Shown: piece by piece, positions 23,674-36,386 of the stretch
How positions within the stretch are numbered: the stretch's first letter is position 1
Layout: every line of letters begins with the position of its first letter
Source: Podarcis cretensis
Taxonomy: Eukaryota
Length of the DNA stretch: 64,000 nt
NCBI GenBank assembly: GCA_951804945.1
Contig: OX638155.1
Coordinates: 14,942,001-15,006,000 of the forward strand
Direction of reading: 5' to 3'
Program-made: the position numbers and the translations under genes
Notes under the pieces: generated by a model
The model's database searches: none
What the model was told of the DNA's origin: nothing
What the model saw: only the letters and a program-made list of their open reading frames with translations

Positions 23674-24042
23674 AAAGGTTAAGGACCCTTGGAAAGTTAA
23701 ATTCCAGTCAAAGCTGACTACGGGGTTGCGATGCTCATCTCGCTTCCAGGCCGAGTGAGCCAGCGTTTGTCCACAGAGAGCTTTCTGGGTCATGTAGCCA
23801 GCATGACTAAACCGCATCTGGCACAACGGGACACCGTGATGGAAACCAGAGCTCACAGAAACGCCGTTTACCTTCCCACCACAGCAGTACCTATTTATCT
23901 ACTTGCACTGGTGTGCTTTCGAACTGCTAGGTTGCCAGGAGCTGGGACAGAGCAACGGGAGCTCACCCTGTTGCGGGGATTCGAACCGCCGACCTTCTGA
24001 TCAGCAAGGTTCAGTGGTTTACACCACAGCACCACCCACGTC
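23674..24042 (-). mobile_element. Sauria SINE (8356-type subfamily)
   Basis: Reverse-strand body with GGATTCGAACC and an AAAGGTTAAGG tail. Confidence 0.9.
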
Positions 24043-24827
24043 TACCTGAAGCTGTTACGACATTTCAAAACAGGCTAGTTTCTAAATCTGTGGAAAAGCG
24101 GGAACTGAAAGCCAGCTGGTGAAAGAATCGGACCCTAAACATTGAAATGAGCTTTCTATGAACCCATACGTCGCTAGGTAGCTTTCCAGAGAGCAGCACG
24201 CAACGTGCTTTAATGGTTTGCGGCTGTTAAATAGACTACGTCTGTGACATTCTTTCAAGTTTAAACACTTTAAAAGCTGTTGGGATTATCGTGGAGCAGT
24301 CTTTTTGCCCACAATCCCTAAGCAACTGACTACTTAAAAGGATGTGTTCTGCCTCCCAGCTCTGTTTGGTTTAGCGGTGTGAAATTGCAGAATGCAAAAA
24401 AAGGGTTTTAACTCTGTCCTATCACCGCGGCCCAGATTTGCTTGAAAAACCCACTTGCTGGGCTCAAAACAGCACCCTCCCCTTTGACACATCCCAACAA
24501 AAAATAAATGTGAATGCTGCTTATATAGTTGTGTTATTGTGCTCATAGGAAAACATTTAGCTCTGTATACGGTAGTACTTTTCAAACTCAGAAATTTCTG
24601 GTTTGAATCTCATCTTATCCATAAGTAGGCTGAGGAAAATTCCAAAGCCGAGTTATGAGGATAATTATTCTGATTTAGAGACATGAAGCTCCTTTTTTGA
24701 AAGGGTGGGGGGATGCAAAAAATAAATAAATAGGGAACCCCCCCTTTCCCTTAAAAACTGAAAAATGTTGGACTATGACATATGAAAGGGTAGAGAAGCT
24801 TGTTTCAGTCTGGGCAAGCCTTCAGTT

Positions 24828-24867
<40 letters not shown>

Positions 24868-25040
24868 TACTATTATTACTGCCCTTCATCTGAGAATAAC
24901 AGAGTGGCAGGGTGGTTTACAATAAAAAAACTCAATAATACACAATAAAGTAACAAAACCAGTAAGACCCTGCCACACACACAATTTAAAAGGACATAGA
25001 TTGTGTCAATAGCCAAAGGCCTGAGACAAGAGGAGTCTTA
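24828..25040 (-). mobile_element. (TAT)n microsatellite as the tail of an old L2 3' end
   Basis: (TAT)n followed by GCCCTTCATC...GGTGGTTTACAAT...CCAAAGGCCTG. Confidence 0.55.
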
Positions 25041-25795
25041 GAAATCCATGATAAATATAACAAATATGAAGAAGCAGAAACTGAACGATAGCTCAGGAAA
25101 GGGGACTGATAATATTTCATGTAGTATTCATTGAGTCTTGGTTTCCTCCCTTTCTTCGCAGCTCTTTTTATGGAAATAAGTGCTTTATTTCTGCTTGACA
25201 CTTAGCTTATGGTGCCCAAGGTTAGTAAGGGTCACGTGTTCCATGTTCTGCCACCGTGACCAACGGCCCCGACACGAGTTACCACCTTTTGGTGGAGGAG
25301 AAACAATAGAGAAGATTTCTGAGATCCCAAATTCAAGCATGATTTGTCTGACGGTTGCGCAGGAGCCCAGAAAAGCACTGACGCCGTAGGTCAAGACACA
25401 CAAACTCCCTCCCAACCCCATAACTGTACTTGGGGGGGGGGTACGACTCAGAACCTTCAAAGTGCTACATGATCAACGTTAGCTCCGTACCCCTCGCCCA
25501 AGTTTGGGGCTGGCAGTGGGGTATCCGATTTGTAGACATTTTGAGCGTTAGGAATATGGTTCCGTCTTTCTCGGTTTCTAAAAGTCAAGGTGGCGTATAA
25601 TAGCCATTTTTGTTGACTTTTGTTTTACTCCAGACACTGCTTGTGTGTTGGTTAGGACAGGCCTAGACTTGTATGGGCCCTCAAAGTGTGAGATAGAAAT
25701 TTCTCTATAAATAAGTCAGTCAGTCAGTCTTATACCAGTGAACTATTCCCAAGTCAAGCGGAGCTCTCAAATCAGCCTACACACACACACACACA

Positions 25796-26014
25796 CAGTT
25801 GTACCTCAGAAGTCGAACGGAATCCGTTCCAGAAGTCCATTCGACTTCCAAAACATTTGGAAAGCAAGGTGTGACTTCCGATTGGCTGCAGGACCACATT
25901 GGACGTTTGGGTTCCATAGAACGTTTGCAAACCGGAACACTCACTTCTGGGTTTGCGACAGTCGGAAGCCAAAACGTTTGACTCCCAAGGCGTTCAGGAT
26001 CCAAGATACGACTG
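25796..26014. mobile_element. Tc1/mariner-type MITE with (CA)n at its left terminus
   Basis: CAGTTGTACCTC ... AAGATACGACTG-TA; preceded by TA(CA)n. Confidence 0.72.
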
Positions 26015-27342
26015 TACAGCCTAGGCTTTAGTCAGGGTAGTTTATGGTTAGCAGAAGATATGCACCCTAGATTCCATGTTACATCTTTCACCAAGATGGA
26101 CCTCAGTTTCTTACTCAAAATGCCTGCCTTTTGCTAGAGATCTTATGTAGCTGCGTAAGAGGCAGCCTACCTGCCTTTTATGTCAGCCGGTGAAAGTATA
26201 TGGAGCTAGAACCATTTTTCTCTTATTGTTTCTTGGGCTGCAGTTCTGTGGTTCTTTTGTTCATTGTTCTTGGTTAAACAAGACTGTGTTTTCTCATCTG
26301 GGAGAGTCTGACTAAGCTCAACTCGCCCTAGGTGTAAGTCTTTCTCTGCTAAGCCAAGTTAATGGAGCAGCTGGGTAGTTAGACTTTGGAAGTTTAAAGT
26401 TTCGCTTTGTTATCCCGGTAGTGCCTCTCATGATATATGAGTCCAACAATGCTTTAACCCCTGTAAGTGTTGGTATCTATTGACAATGTGTCTCTCCTGT
26501 GTTAGAATATCTTTAGTTTTGGCAGTAAAGCTGGAATAACTGAGCACCCATCTAATCTGGGCTTCTACATGACCCCCGGAGACCCCAATGGGTTCTTTCT
26601 GTTGTGTTTCAGGGCAGAGGTGTTGTTGCCCTGTGTGTAAAACTGGGTGACACCATTTTTTCTTGGTTTACTGTACCCCAGAAATGTGTGAATCCTAATC
26701 AGAGATGACTGTCAAAGATTAGTGCTGGAGAGAGATCAATATCTTATTGGGTTTGGGTTCATTAACTGTTGCACATTCCTTTTCTCCCCCCACCAAACCC
26801 ACATTCCTGGAGATTATAATTTTGCAATAGCGTTAAAATAAAGAAGAAAAATACCCTTTCCCCCCTTTTTTTAAAAAAAGGCTGTGTAACTGTATAGATA
26901 GGTTTGTTTAATTTAAAACATTTATTATGAGCTTTTCATTGCAAATACAACTCCTGAGCAGGTTACAAATGAAAGCAGTTTAGTACCTGGATACAGGTAC
27001 TAAAAAGCAAGGCAGGTGGTTAAGAAACCAGCTGAAATAAACCTCAGCGCTGGCACCAAAGTCCACAAACTGCTGTGTTGAATAACCAGGCCGTCATCTG
27101 GTTTCGAAAGGCTAAAGTAGTGGGTGAGTCTCCATGGCAGATCTCTACAAATAGCATGAGTGTGCCATAATTGATTGGCTAATTTAACTAGAGTGAGCTG
27201 GAAAATTGTCCTGGGGGAGATAATAAAAACAGGTAAAGTTGCGCAGTTGTGGGAGGAGTTGAAACTGATGAGATTGCTTTTTGTGCCTTTGCTCCACTGC
27301 AGTAAGTCCAACAAAAATTGTCTTCTGGCATTGCTTCAAAGT

Positions 27343-27624
27343 CATGGGTCAGCAACCTAAGGCCCATGGGCCAAAGGGGCCCACAGGGGTTGTTTAACCG
27401 GCCCCCGAGCCTCCCCCGAACCAAGCCACCCGCTCAGCGAGCCCCCACCCGCTGTGCTAAACCAGCGCAGTGACTCGCTTCCGCGGTGCTGAAAATCGCG
27501 CATGCGCTGACACTGAAAATCGTGTCTATGCAGACACTGGAAATTGCGCACGCATGATCCGGCCCACAGAGGGATCTCCGCTGGAGGTAATGGGCCCAGG
27601 CAAGGTAAACCTTGCTGACCCCTG
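27343..27624. mobile_element. hAT-type MITE
   Basis: CATGGGTCAGCAACC ... CCTTGCTGACCCCTG; flanks TTCAAAGT/TTTTAAGT. Confidence 0.72.
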
Positions 27625-28380
27625 TTTTAAGTGGTATAGTAATACTGATGTTAGTGATGGATGCCTCTACTTCCCCATAATTGGATCTTAAGTTAAGCAC
27701 GTAGCATCACCAGGAATGCAAATAGTCCCCTGGACGTAAAGGAAATAGTCAAAGCAGTGGCCACAGACTTTCCATGTCAGGTTTGGCACATGTCCTTTGT
27801 CCTTTCTCAAAAGGGGGCCAAGGTGGGAGATGAAGGAATGTCTGATGAGGTCATAGCCAGTTCTGGCTCCATGTCATTTCTCACACTGTGCATGCAGCTG
27901 ACTCCGCCATGTGTTCATTGCTGCTCAGTGTTTTGCTGTCTTTTGCAAATGCCTCAGCTTCTATCTCTTGTAGCCTTCAAGAGCCCCAGTAATGGAGGCA
28001 GAAGGCGCATGATATAGTTGCTGCTGTGAAGCTAAGGTTTCTGGGATCAGGCCAGTTTCTGCATGGAAGACTAACTGGGAACTCCGTGCAGCCTTCTCTA
28101 TAAAGTCCTTGGAAGTAGAGACAGGGTTGTTGGTTTTCTAGCTTCGAAGAACAATCCTGGTCTGCATGTTTTTGTAGTGGTCATGTTGCTCCAATGAGTA
28201 GCTTTCTGTTCTCGGCCTTTCCAAGTGGTATGAGAGGCATTGTAGAGTGTTATTAGGAGTACCAGTAATTTATCTACCACTGTAAGTGTGCAAAGTGGTT
28301 TATAGACTCCCAGTTAGCTTGCCATCGAGACTGGGCAGTGGGGACAGGACGGAGAGATGGAGGGAGCAACAGAGGGGTGT

Positions 28381-28898
28381 GGTCAGGGACTGGCTGGACA
28401 ATGAGAAATTGTAGGAGGAGCCACCCTAGGGAAGCTTCAGAAGAGGACACGGTGGGACACGGGAAGACAGATCAGAGGATGAAGCGGGGGCAGAATGGCT
28501 GGATGCTGAACAAGTAACAGGCTCGAGTGAGAGAGAGGAGGAAGAGGCAGAAAACACTGCAGACGTAGGACAGGTAGCTGAGGAGGAGGCTGAGGCTGCA
28601 ACAAATTCACAGGAGCCTGCCAGTCCTACTGTATTCTGCTCCCCTCCCCTCTTGTCTCGGAGAACTCGGAGACTTTTTCATGTAGCAGAACGACGAGCAC
28701 AGAGGTCTCACTGCCCCCCCCCCCCGAAGGGACTGCAAGGAAAACAGCCGGACAGGGAGGAGACTTAGGGGGAAGTGGGAGGCTGGGTTGTCAGTTCTGG
28801 CACCTGCTTGCCGTAGGTTTCTTTGTATTCTGTTTCCTTGAATAAGGAATCAACTTTACTGCTCTTCTTTTAGTCTCCATGCTGACCTGCAGCTCACA
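28381..28898 (+). mobile_element. Solo LTR (probably Gypsy-type)
   Basis: (G)GTCA...TCACA termini; 5-bp TSD GGTGT at 28376-28380 and 28899-28903; AATAAG near the 3' end; homologous to 37447-38043. Confidence 0.75.
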
Positions 28899-29030
28899 GG
28901 TGTGAGCAATAGATAGTGTCGGCATTGGGAGTGGAAGATCTGGGTTCAAATCTCCATTTAACCTTCCAAGCTTATTGGTACAAGGTCCAAGGGTATGGTT
29001 TCAAGGCACATGAGGCCACCGCCTTGCTAA

Positions 29031-29160
29031 AAACTAAGCAAATTATAGTCTGATCCGTGGCTGGATGGGTCACTGCCTGAGAATCACATCTACGCTGCCT
29101 TTGGTTCCATGATGGAAGGAAGGCCAGATACAAATGCAATAAAATAAAGCACAAAATAAA
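29031..29160 (+). mobile_element. 5S rRNA-derived SINE-like remnant with L2-type tail
   Basis: AACTAAGCA...TGGATGGGTCACTGCCTGAGAAT resembles 5S boxes A/C; followed by GGAAGGCCAGATACAAATGCAATAAAATAAA. Confidence 0.5.
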
Positions 29161-29558
29161 TGTTCTGGGTTGTTTGGGGAATTAACAAAGGGTTGCTCTG
29201 TGAATGCTGATCTTGAGTCCTCGGACAAAGGCTGGAATGCCAATGTGATCAGATAAATATTAAATATTTACTTCCAGCATGTTTAGCATGGTTCTTGTAG
29301 ACCTGAAAACAAGACCTTTTGTAAACTGCTTGTCCCCTGGTGGCGTGTGTGTCTTTTTGTTTTCAGCAAGATCTTAAAACATATTGGCAACATCTTTTTA
29401 TTGAGCCAAAGCCACGCTTGTAGAAATGAACATGTGTAGAATCCCATGGTGTCTTCTCAAAAGCGTACTGTCAGATTTCATCCCTCCCCTGGGCAGAATC
29501 TCTTATCGCCAGTGCACACCGTAGCCTGCAGTTGGCACTCAATATGTTTCTTTTTCAG

Positions 29559-29673
29559 GTGGAAGAGATAAGCGCGGAGGCCCCATTCTAACATTTCCAG
29601 CTCGCAGCAACCATGATAGAATACGACAAGAGGACCTTAGGAGGCTCATTTCATACCTAGCTTGTATTCCTAG
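29559..29673 (+). CDS. TRIO: TRIO coding exon (exon 3 equivalent), Sec14 domain
   Basis: tttttcag|GTGGAAGA ... CCTAG|gtaagg; 115 nt; (G)GRDKRGGPILTFPARSNHDRIRQEDLRRLISYLACIP(S); in frame with the flanking exons; absent from the ORF track. Confidence 0.97.
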
Positions 29674-31489
29674 GTAAGGGCATCTTCCCTGTATTATGAT
29701 TTGAAGCTGTGCTACTTTGCCTCGCTGTGTCAAAACAGTTTAAAAGGGAGTCCTGTGTGGGTTCATATCAAGTTCATGTTCCTCTAACCTTCCAGTTGTT
29801 TGAGGAGATGTAACTCAGCAACCAGGCATGCCGCTCTGGAGAATTCAGAATGCTTTCAAAGAAGAAGCAGATCGCCATAAAGTTGGAGTAAGGTTGTTTT
29901 TCTGCACCATCTCGCCCTGAACGATCGGGGCTGCAATTAACAACGACAACAACAGCAAATGCATTATTCCAAGAGAATTGCCCTTAACCAGGAATGCAAA
30001 GTGAATTGTGGCGTGCAGCCAAAGTCTGAATCACTATTGCTGCATTTGCTAGTGTTTTTCAGGTTGCAAGACTAGTTTATACAACTTGTGATAAATTCAG
30101 ATGATAAAAACAAACCTATCCTTGGACTGTACCACTTCCTGCAGCGGGTTTGTGGTAAGGGGCACTTGTCTCTGTGCATGCGTATGAACACTATTCCACA
30201 TTTACACACAGAATGAAAACAGCATGTCAGGGAAAGAGTTCACCCTAGTCATCTCTTTGACGTAATTTTCCCTGAGGGGTGGGAGTGTGTGTGTGTGTGT
30301 GTGTGTTAGCACTGAACTGTGCAACCTCACACCTGCTGCCTGAAGTGGCAGAGTCCGGGAAAAGCTTCACCACTCGATTCTGTGGATTTATAACCTGTTC
30401 CGAATTTATGAGCTTTCTGGCAAAGGAAGAAACCAGTGTTCCAAGGAACAAGGGAGAAAGTGGCTTTTTGCGAACCGTAGCTTCTTGAGGACCAGCCTTG
30501 TTGAGAGTTATTTGTGACTTTGGCCAGTTTCGGTGCTTTGGCAAAGTGGCAACACTTAAAAGATGTTTTTCCTGGTTCACACTAGGCCGAAGCTGCTGCT
30601 GCTGCTTCTTTTTTAAAAGTGCCAGTTTCACAGGGGGAGGACATTTCGTTGAACCGACTATTAATTCCAGAGTAAAGTTTGCACCTTATAAATGGTCCTG
30701 AACATGACTCTGCAAGACTGCTCTTCAACCCAGAAATAGCTCACATCTGAGCTGGCTGCCTCTCCTTCAGTCGGTCAGAATAATATTGAGTGAAGTGTAA
30801 ATTTCCTCCTAAGGGCCAGCTGGCCTTACTGTATCTGGTTATGAATTGTGGGGCTTTCCAAAAGACTCGGCGTGGACCGAATGCCAGGCTGAATTTAGGC
30901 ACTGGTAGCATTTGACTCGAGTAGTCAAGCACACAGCTCTTTGTTTTTTTTCTTTTGCCACTTCAGTAGGTTGTTTGGACAATGGGCAAGTCAGCAAGGC
31001 ACCTTCGTGAAGGAGGGAGCATTGTGGGATAGCTGACGAACATTAGAGAGTGGTTTTTGTCAGCATTGGAAACTTGGGCAGCTGGTTTAGCCGCTCATTT
31101 GGAGGCATCTGATAGCTGCTAACCTAGAAGGCTTTAAAACAGGGTTAGGGAGATTAATAGGATTAGGCCAGCCCTTGTAAGAACAGGATGCTGGACTAGA
31201 TGGGCCATTGGCCGGGTCCAGTAGATTCATCCTAAATTGTTGCATACACAGGATGAGGTCCACTCGCACAACCAGACCTCCCTGCCTCCTTCCCCTCTGC
31301 CCACCCTCCACCCCCTGAATCTGCTCTTGAGGGCTAGAGGGGGAACTCAAAACAGGATTAGCAGGGCACTGGGATAAGAAAGGGAGGGGGAAGCCCTGCT
31401 AGACTAGTGGAAACCCTTGCACTGGATACAACCCACCCATCCGCCTGTGCACATCAGAAGTTTAAGCTAAAAAGTAGAGCATTAACATC

Positions 31490-31887
31490 GTTGCTGCTTC
31501 TTTGGTGATCATTTGAGCAGAGTAAGATTGTCTTCCATGAACACAGTCTTATTAGTAAGTCCATAAGTGACTGTGGGGCCAATTCTGGATCCACACGTCC
31601 TTCCACAGTGGGGACATAGGATTCCAGGCGGGAGTTGATCACGGTGAGGGTTTGCCAAGCATACCTTCCTCTTAGCACGTTTCTCCCTTGCGTCCTGAGT
31701 TCGAGCCTGTGACACCATTGGTAAAGGCTATTCTCCAACTGGAGTGCTCGCAGGCCAGTATTTTCCAGTTGTCAGTGTTTATACCACATTTTCTTAGATT
31801 TGCCTTTGAGAGAGTCCTTAAACCTCTTTTGTTGACCACCAGCATTGCGCTTTCCATTTTTAACTTCGGAATAGAGTAGTTGCTTTG
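31490..31887 (-). mobile_element. RTE-clade LINE 3' fragment (non-BovB) with C-terminal Cys motif
   Basis: Frameshifted peptides KANLRKCGINTDNW..LA.EHSSWR and LCPHCGRTCGSRIG, typical of RTE ORF C-termini. Confidence 0.78.
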
Positions 31888-33000
31888 CAGTTCCGCCTTG
31901 ACTGATCTTTAAAGGAGAAACATCCACCATGGAGCCAAGGCCCTATAGCAGATGGCTGAGAGAGTTGAAGCAGTAGCAAAAGTCTGTGGAAGGTCTTGTG
32001 AAACAAGCAGCTTGCAAGGATGCCTCTTCCGAATTCTTCACCCAACGAATATAACATGGAGGGGTGGTGCAGAGGGAGGAAGGCGGGAGAAAGCAAGACC
32101 TCGTTGGCTGCACACATACTTAGTGGTACCCCAGCGTATTTTTATTGGGGAGCGTGGGGAATATGAGTGCTGTCACCCTGGCCTAGGGGACGAAACATTG
32201 CAGTGTATTTTCAGCCCTCACAATCCCAGAGGGAGAGATAAATAGGTTTTCAAGGAACTAGGACAGTCCATCAACAGACAATTGGTTTTTTGTTTTCTGA
32301 ATCTCCCTAAGCTGAGTGTCATCAACATTCTGAAGTCAATAGGTCCTTGTTAGACTATGTAGGAAGTGTTTAAATTAGAGGGCATCTTAACAAAACAGAA
32401 CTATTGTCTCACTGATATCTGGCTCTGTGACGCTACGGTTGCCTCTGTGCTGAGTTTTAAATGAACTGTTAAAACTTTACTGAAACCTATGTTGTGCTTT
32501 ATCCACTAGTGCAGGGGCACTCCAATAATAGAGGTAAACTAGGCAGGTGCCTGGGGAATTGTAGAGTCATAGAATCGTAGAGTTCAAAGGTACCCCAAGG
32601 GTCATCTAGTCCAACCCCTCGATGCTTGAATCTAAACTAAAGCATCCAAGACAGATGGCGTCCAGCTATGAATACCTGTTTGATACGTTAAGATGTTCTG
32701 CGGAAAGAGGGAAGAGAGTGCCCCTGAATGTTTGAGGAGATGCACCGAGACATCTTGGCATCTGGTTGCCTGGGTGATGTACATTATGTATGTGTAAAAT
32801 GTTCATCTAGGGCTGGCCGTGCACTAGTGCTTAATCCTACCAGGTTGTGCAAAATTCCAGTGAGATGTCCCTCTTCTACAGGTGAAGCTCCCACCGAGTT
32901 GACGGATGGGAATGAGAATAGAATTGGCAGGCAGAGTAGCCAGGTTGGCGCCTGGGAACCATTCCTGCCTCTATTAACTGTTGTCTTGTTTGCTTTCTAG

Positions 33001-33193
33001 TGAAGAAGTATGTAAACGAGGTTTCACCGTTATTGTAGATATGCGTGGATCTAAATGGGACTCTATTAAGCCACTTTTGAAGATCTTGCAGGAATCCTTT
33101 CCCTGTTGCATTCATGTTGCACTGATAATCAAGCCAGACAACTTTTGGCAGAAACAGCGGACTAACTTCGGCAGCTCCAAGTTTGAATTTGAG
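33001..33193 (+). CDS. TRIO: TRIO coding exon (exon 4 equivalent), Sec14 domain
   Basis: tgctttctag|TGAAGAA ... TTTGAG|gtaaac; 193 nt; EEVCKRGFTVIVDMRGSKWDSIKPLLKILQESFPCCIHVALIIKPDNFWQKQRTNFGSSKFEFE. Confidence 0.97.
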
Positions 33194-33490
33194 GTAAACT
33201 TCTCGATAACCAATGTTGGGTGCCCAAAGTGCTGCAGGGAAGCCCGGCATTTGAACAGTATTTTGGGAAATGTTGTAAAACTAGCATTTGGTACATTAAA
33301 GTCTTCCATTTCAACGTCGCTGAGGAAACTTACGGAGCTTGTACTCCTCCTGTACTCCTCCATTGATGCTCAAGAGGGCAGGCGGGAAAAATAACCCCAA
33401 ATGGCAAAACAAGCAAACTAGAAATAATTCCTCAGTGGCCCTGGGAATGCTGGCTGTGTCAGCGATGACTATGTCAGCGATGATGCCCAT

Positions 33491-34005
33491 CATAGTTGTC
33501 AACAGTCCCTTATTTGGCGGGAAACTCCCTTATCCCAGCGCCGTGTCCTGCTGCTGTCCCTTATTGATGATGTCCCTTAAATTTCCCGGGTTTCAAAGGA
33601 AGGAGCTCCTCCCGCTCCCACCCTGCTGGCCAGGGAGGAGGGAGGCTCCAACTGTGTTGCTTGGCTGCATTGCACACCCAATAAGGAGTCTAAGAACAAC
33701 TGGGGGGTGGAGCTTGCATGCCTTGGGCCGATCAAATCGGCTGCATTGCGGGGGGGACTCGCCTTTGCTCAGTGCTTCCCAGCAGAGAGGTGACGGTGGT
33801 TTTCCTTGCTGCATCCCCCTTGCCGGGTTGCTGCACTGTGGGAACCACCACTTGAGGCTTTGTTTGGCTGCTGGCTGGGCTTTGCCTTGGAGGGGCTCAG
33901 AAGCTGAACATACTTGTGCTTGGAAAATCCCTTATTTTGGCTGCTGATCCCTTATTTTCGAGGCTGCTAGTCCCTTATTTTCAAATCTGTAAGTTGACAG
34001 CTATG
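33491..34005. mobile_element. hAT-type non-autonomous element (CATAGCTGTCAA termini), long form
   Basis: CATAGTTGTCAAC ... GTTGACAGCTATG; perfect TSD ATGCCCAT; subterminal TCCCTTAT repeats. Confidence 0.88.
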
Positions 34006-34330
34006 ATGCCCATATGTTGCTCACACATGGAAGGAACCAATGAACTCAGGTTGCTATGGACACATAGGAAAACTCCCTCTGCACCAACACATACTTATGA
34101 CATCATAATGCTCATCAGACCATCAGTTTCAGTGGCCCAGCCATGCCAAAGCTTAGGTGATCCCTACAGGCAGAGGTTCAGATCTCTTTACATGGTTAAC
34201 CACTGCGATTTGGGGGCACAACACAGCTCCCCCATAGCTCCCTGGAGTTTGGTTCAATGGAATTGTACATTTCCAGCGCTTTAAATGTATCTCATTGTGT
34301 GGTTAACCTTTAACCGTTGCTGCTTTTCAG

Positions 34331-34843
34331 ACCAACATGGTGTCTCTGGAAGGCCTTACCAAAGTTGTCGACCCTTCTCAGTTAACTCCTGAATTTGATG
34401 GCTGCTTGGAATATAACCACGAGGAATGGATAGAAATCAGAGTTGCCTTTGAGGATTACATTAGCAATGCCACACACATGCTCTCCAGGCTGGAGGAGCT
34501 GCAGGACATATTGGCCAAAAAGGACTTGCCTCAGGACTTGGAGGCGGCTCGGAGTATGATCGAAGAGCACTCGCAGCTGAAGAAGAAGGTCATCAAAGCG
34601 CCCATTGAGGACCTGGACTTGGAAGGGCAGAAGTTGCTGCAGAGGATACAGAGCAGCGAGACCTTCCCCAAAAAGAACTCTGGGTCTGGAAACGCGGATC
34701 TGCAGAACCTCTTGCCCAAAGTGTCCACCATGTTAGACAGGTTGCACTCGACGCGGCAGCATCTGCACCAGATGTGGCATGTGCGGAAGGTGAAACTGGA
34801 CCAATGCTTTCAGCTCAGGCTTTTTGAACAAGATGCAGAAAAG
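34331..34843 (+). CDS. TRIO: TRIO coding exon (exon 5 equivalent), end of Sec14 and first spectrin repeat
   Basis: gcttttcag|ACCAACATG ... GAAAAG|gtaaaa; 513 nt, phase 0-0; TNMVSLEGLTKVVDPSQLTPEFDGCLEYNHEEWIEIRVAFEDYISNATHMLSRLEELQ...LRLFEQDAEK; residues recalled as TRIO rather than KALRN. Confidence 0.97.
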
Positions 34844-34897
34844 GTAAAATGGCGGCAGGGGGTGGGGGTATTTCTTGGTCAACTTCTTAAGTTGATA

Positions 34898-35247
34898 GGA
34901 TGCGGGTGGTGATGTGGGTTAAACCACAGAGCCTAGGACTTGCCGATCAGAAGGTCGGTGGTTCGAATCCCCGTGACAGGAAGAGCTCCCGTTGCTCGGT
35001 CCCTGCTCTGCCAACCTAGCAGTTCGAAAGCACATCAAAGTGCAAGTAGATAAATAGGTACCACTGCGGTGGGAAGGTACATGGCATTTCTGTGCACTGC
35101 TCTGGTTCGCCAGATGCAGCTTAGTCATGCTGGCCACATGACCCGGAAGCTGTACGCCGGCTCCCTTGGCCAATAAAGTGAGATGAGTGCCACAACGCCA
35201 GAGTCGGCCACAACTGGACCTAATGGTCAGGGGTCCCTGTACTTTTA
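34898..35247 (+). mobile_element. Sauria SINE 54 nt downstream of the exon-5 donor
   Basis: Boxes A/B and conserved body; degenerate tail. Confidence 0.9.
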
Positions 35248-36034
35248 TGTGTCAGCACCCAGTGGCACTGTGGGGGTCCGCAGGATTCTTTTCCAAGGAA
35301 GGGGCCAAGTAAAGCAGTCAAAAGATGCTTTCTCAGAATAGAAATGTGAAGGAGGATGTCTGTACATTTTGCCTCGCATTTCAGGTTCTACAAATGCTAG
35401 AAACTTTCTGTTTTTAAAAAATGAAACCTGGGATTGGCGGATTTTGGTTCATCGGGAAACGGGGGAGAGCTGTCCCCTCTGTACTGCTTGCCATGCAGAT
35501 ACCCATTGATTGCTCTGTGCAATTGACAGCTGTTGGAACACCCAGTACGGCTGGACGTGTTCCCCTTTAGGAGCCTTGGATTTAGTGCCTGTGTGACCAC
35601 TCAGGCTTGAGGAGGAGCTGGCTGCTCCTGTATGGAGCCGGTGTGGTGTTGCCCAGAGCCTGCAGCCCATAACCTCCAGGAACCAGATGTGGTCCATCAA
35701 TTGGCCCTTTAAGTCATGCTAAAATGGAATTCTGAATGCTTATCTTTTTTTAAAAAGGTAGGGGGGCAATTGGCAAGCATAAATTAGCTTCCAGTTTTCA
35801 TAGGCGTGAAGCCTCAAGCCTCACTATAGTCGTTGAGACCTATCCATGCTTAATTTAGGATTGGGCCTCTCAGACTGCCGTCACACACTTTGGGGAGTAA
35901 GTCCTCTTGAACTCTGCATGCTTCAACTTCCAGATAAAACACACACATAGGATCTGCCCCCCTAGCTAAGCGTGGCGTTGTGCAGTTTCATGTTGGTGGC
36001 CCCTTTTTTCCGTTGCCGTAATGACTTATTTAGT

Positions 36035-36386
36035 GGGACGCTGGTGGCGCTGTGGGTTAAACCACAGAGCCTAGGACTTGCCAATCAGCAGGTCGGCGGT
36101 TCGAATCCCCGCGATGGGGTGAGCTCCCGTTGCTTGGTCCCTGCTCCTGCCAACCTAGCAGTTTGAAAGCACGTCAAAGTGCAAGTAGATAAATAGGTAC
36201 CGCTCCGGCGGAAAGGTAAAAACGGCATTTCTGTGTGCTGCTCTGGTTCGCCAGAAACGGCTCAGTCATGCTGGCCACATGAACCTGAGCTGTATGCTGG
36301 CCCCCTCGGCCAATAAAGCGAGATGAGCGCCACAACCCAAGAGTCGGTCACGACTGGACCTAATGGTCAGGGGTCCCTTTACCTTT
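36035..36386 (+). mobile_element. Sauria SINE
   Basis: GGGACGCTGGTGGCGCTGTGG start, box B, ACCTTT tail; near-TSD TTATTTAGTG/TTATTTAATG. Confidence 0.9.

Noticed and set aside
25150-25560. Moderately CpG-rich segment of unknown origin
   Set aside because: No termini, TSD, coding motif or second copy visible; cannot be classified without a database search.
32882-32943. Possible mini-exon or alternative acceptor upstream of exon 4
   Set aside because: It would leave a 57-nt intron or add a frameshifting 119-nt extension; the canonical junction already gives a perfect frame.
33339-33947. 202-aa ORF between exons 4 and 5
   Set aside because: Mostly inside a GC-rich hAT element; no recognisable protein motif.
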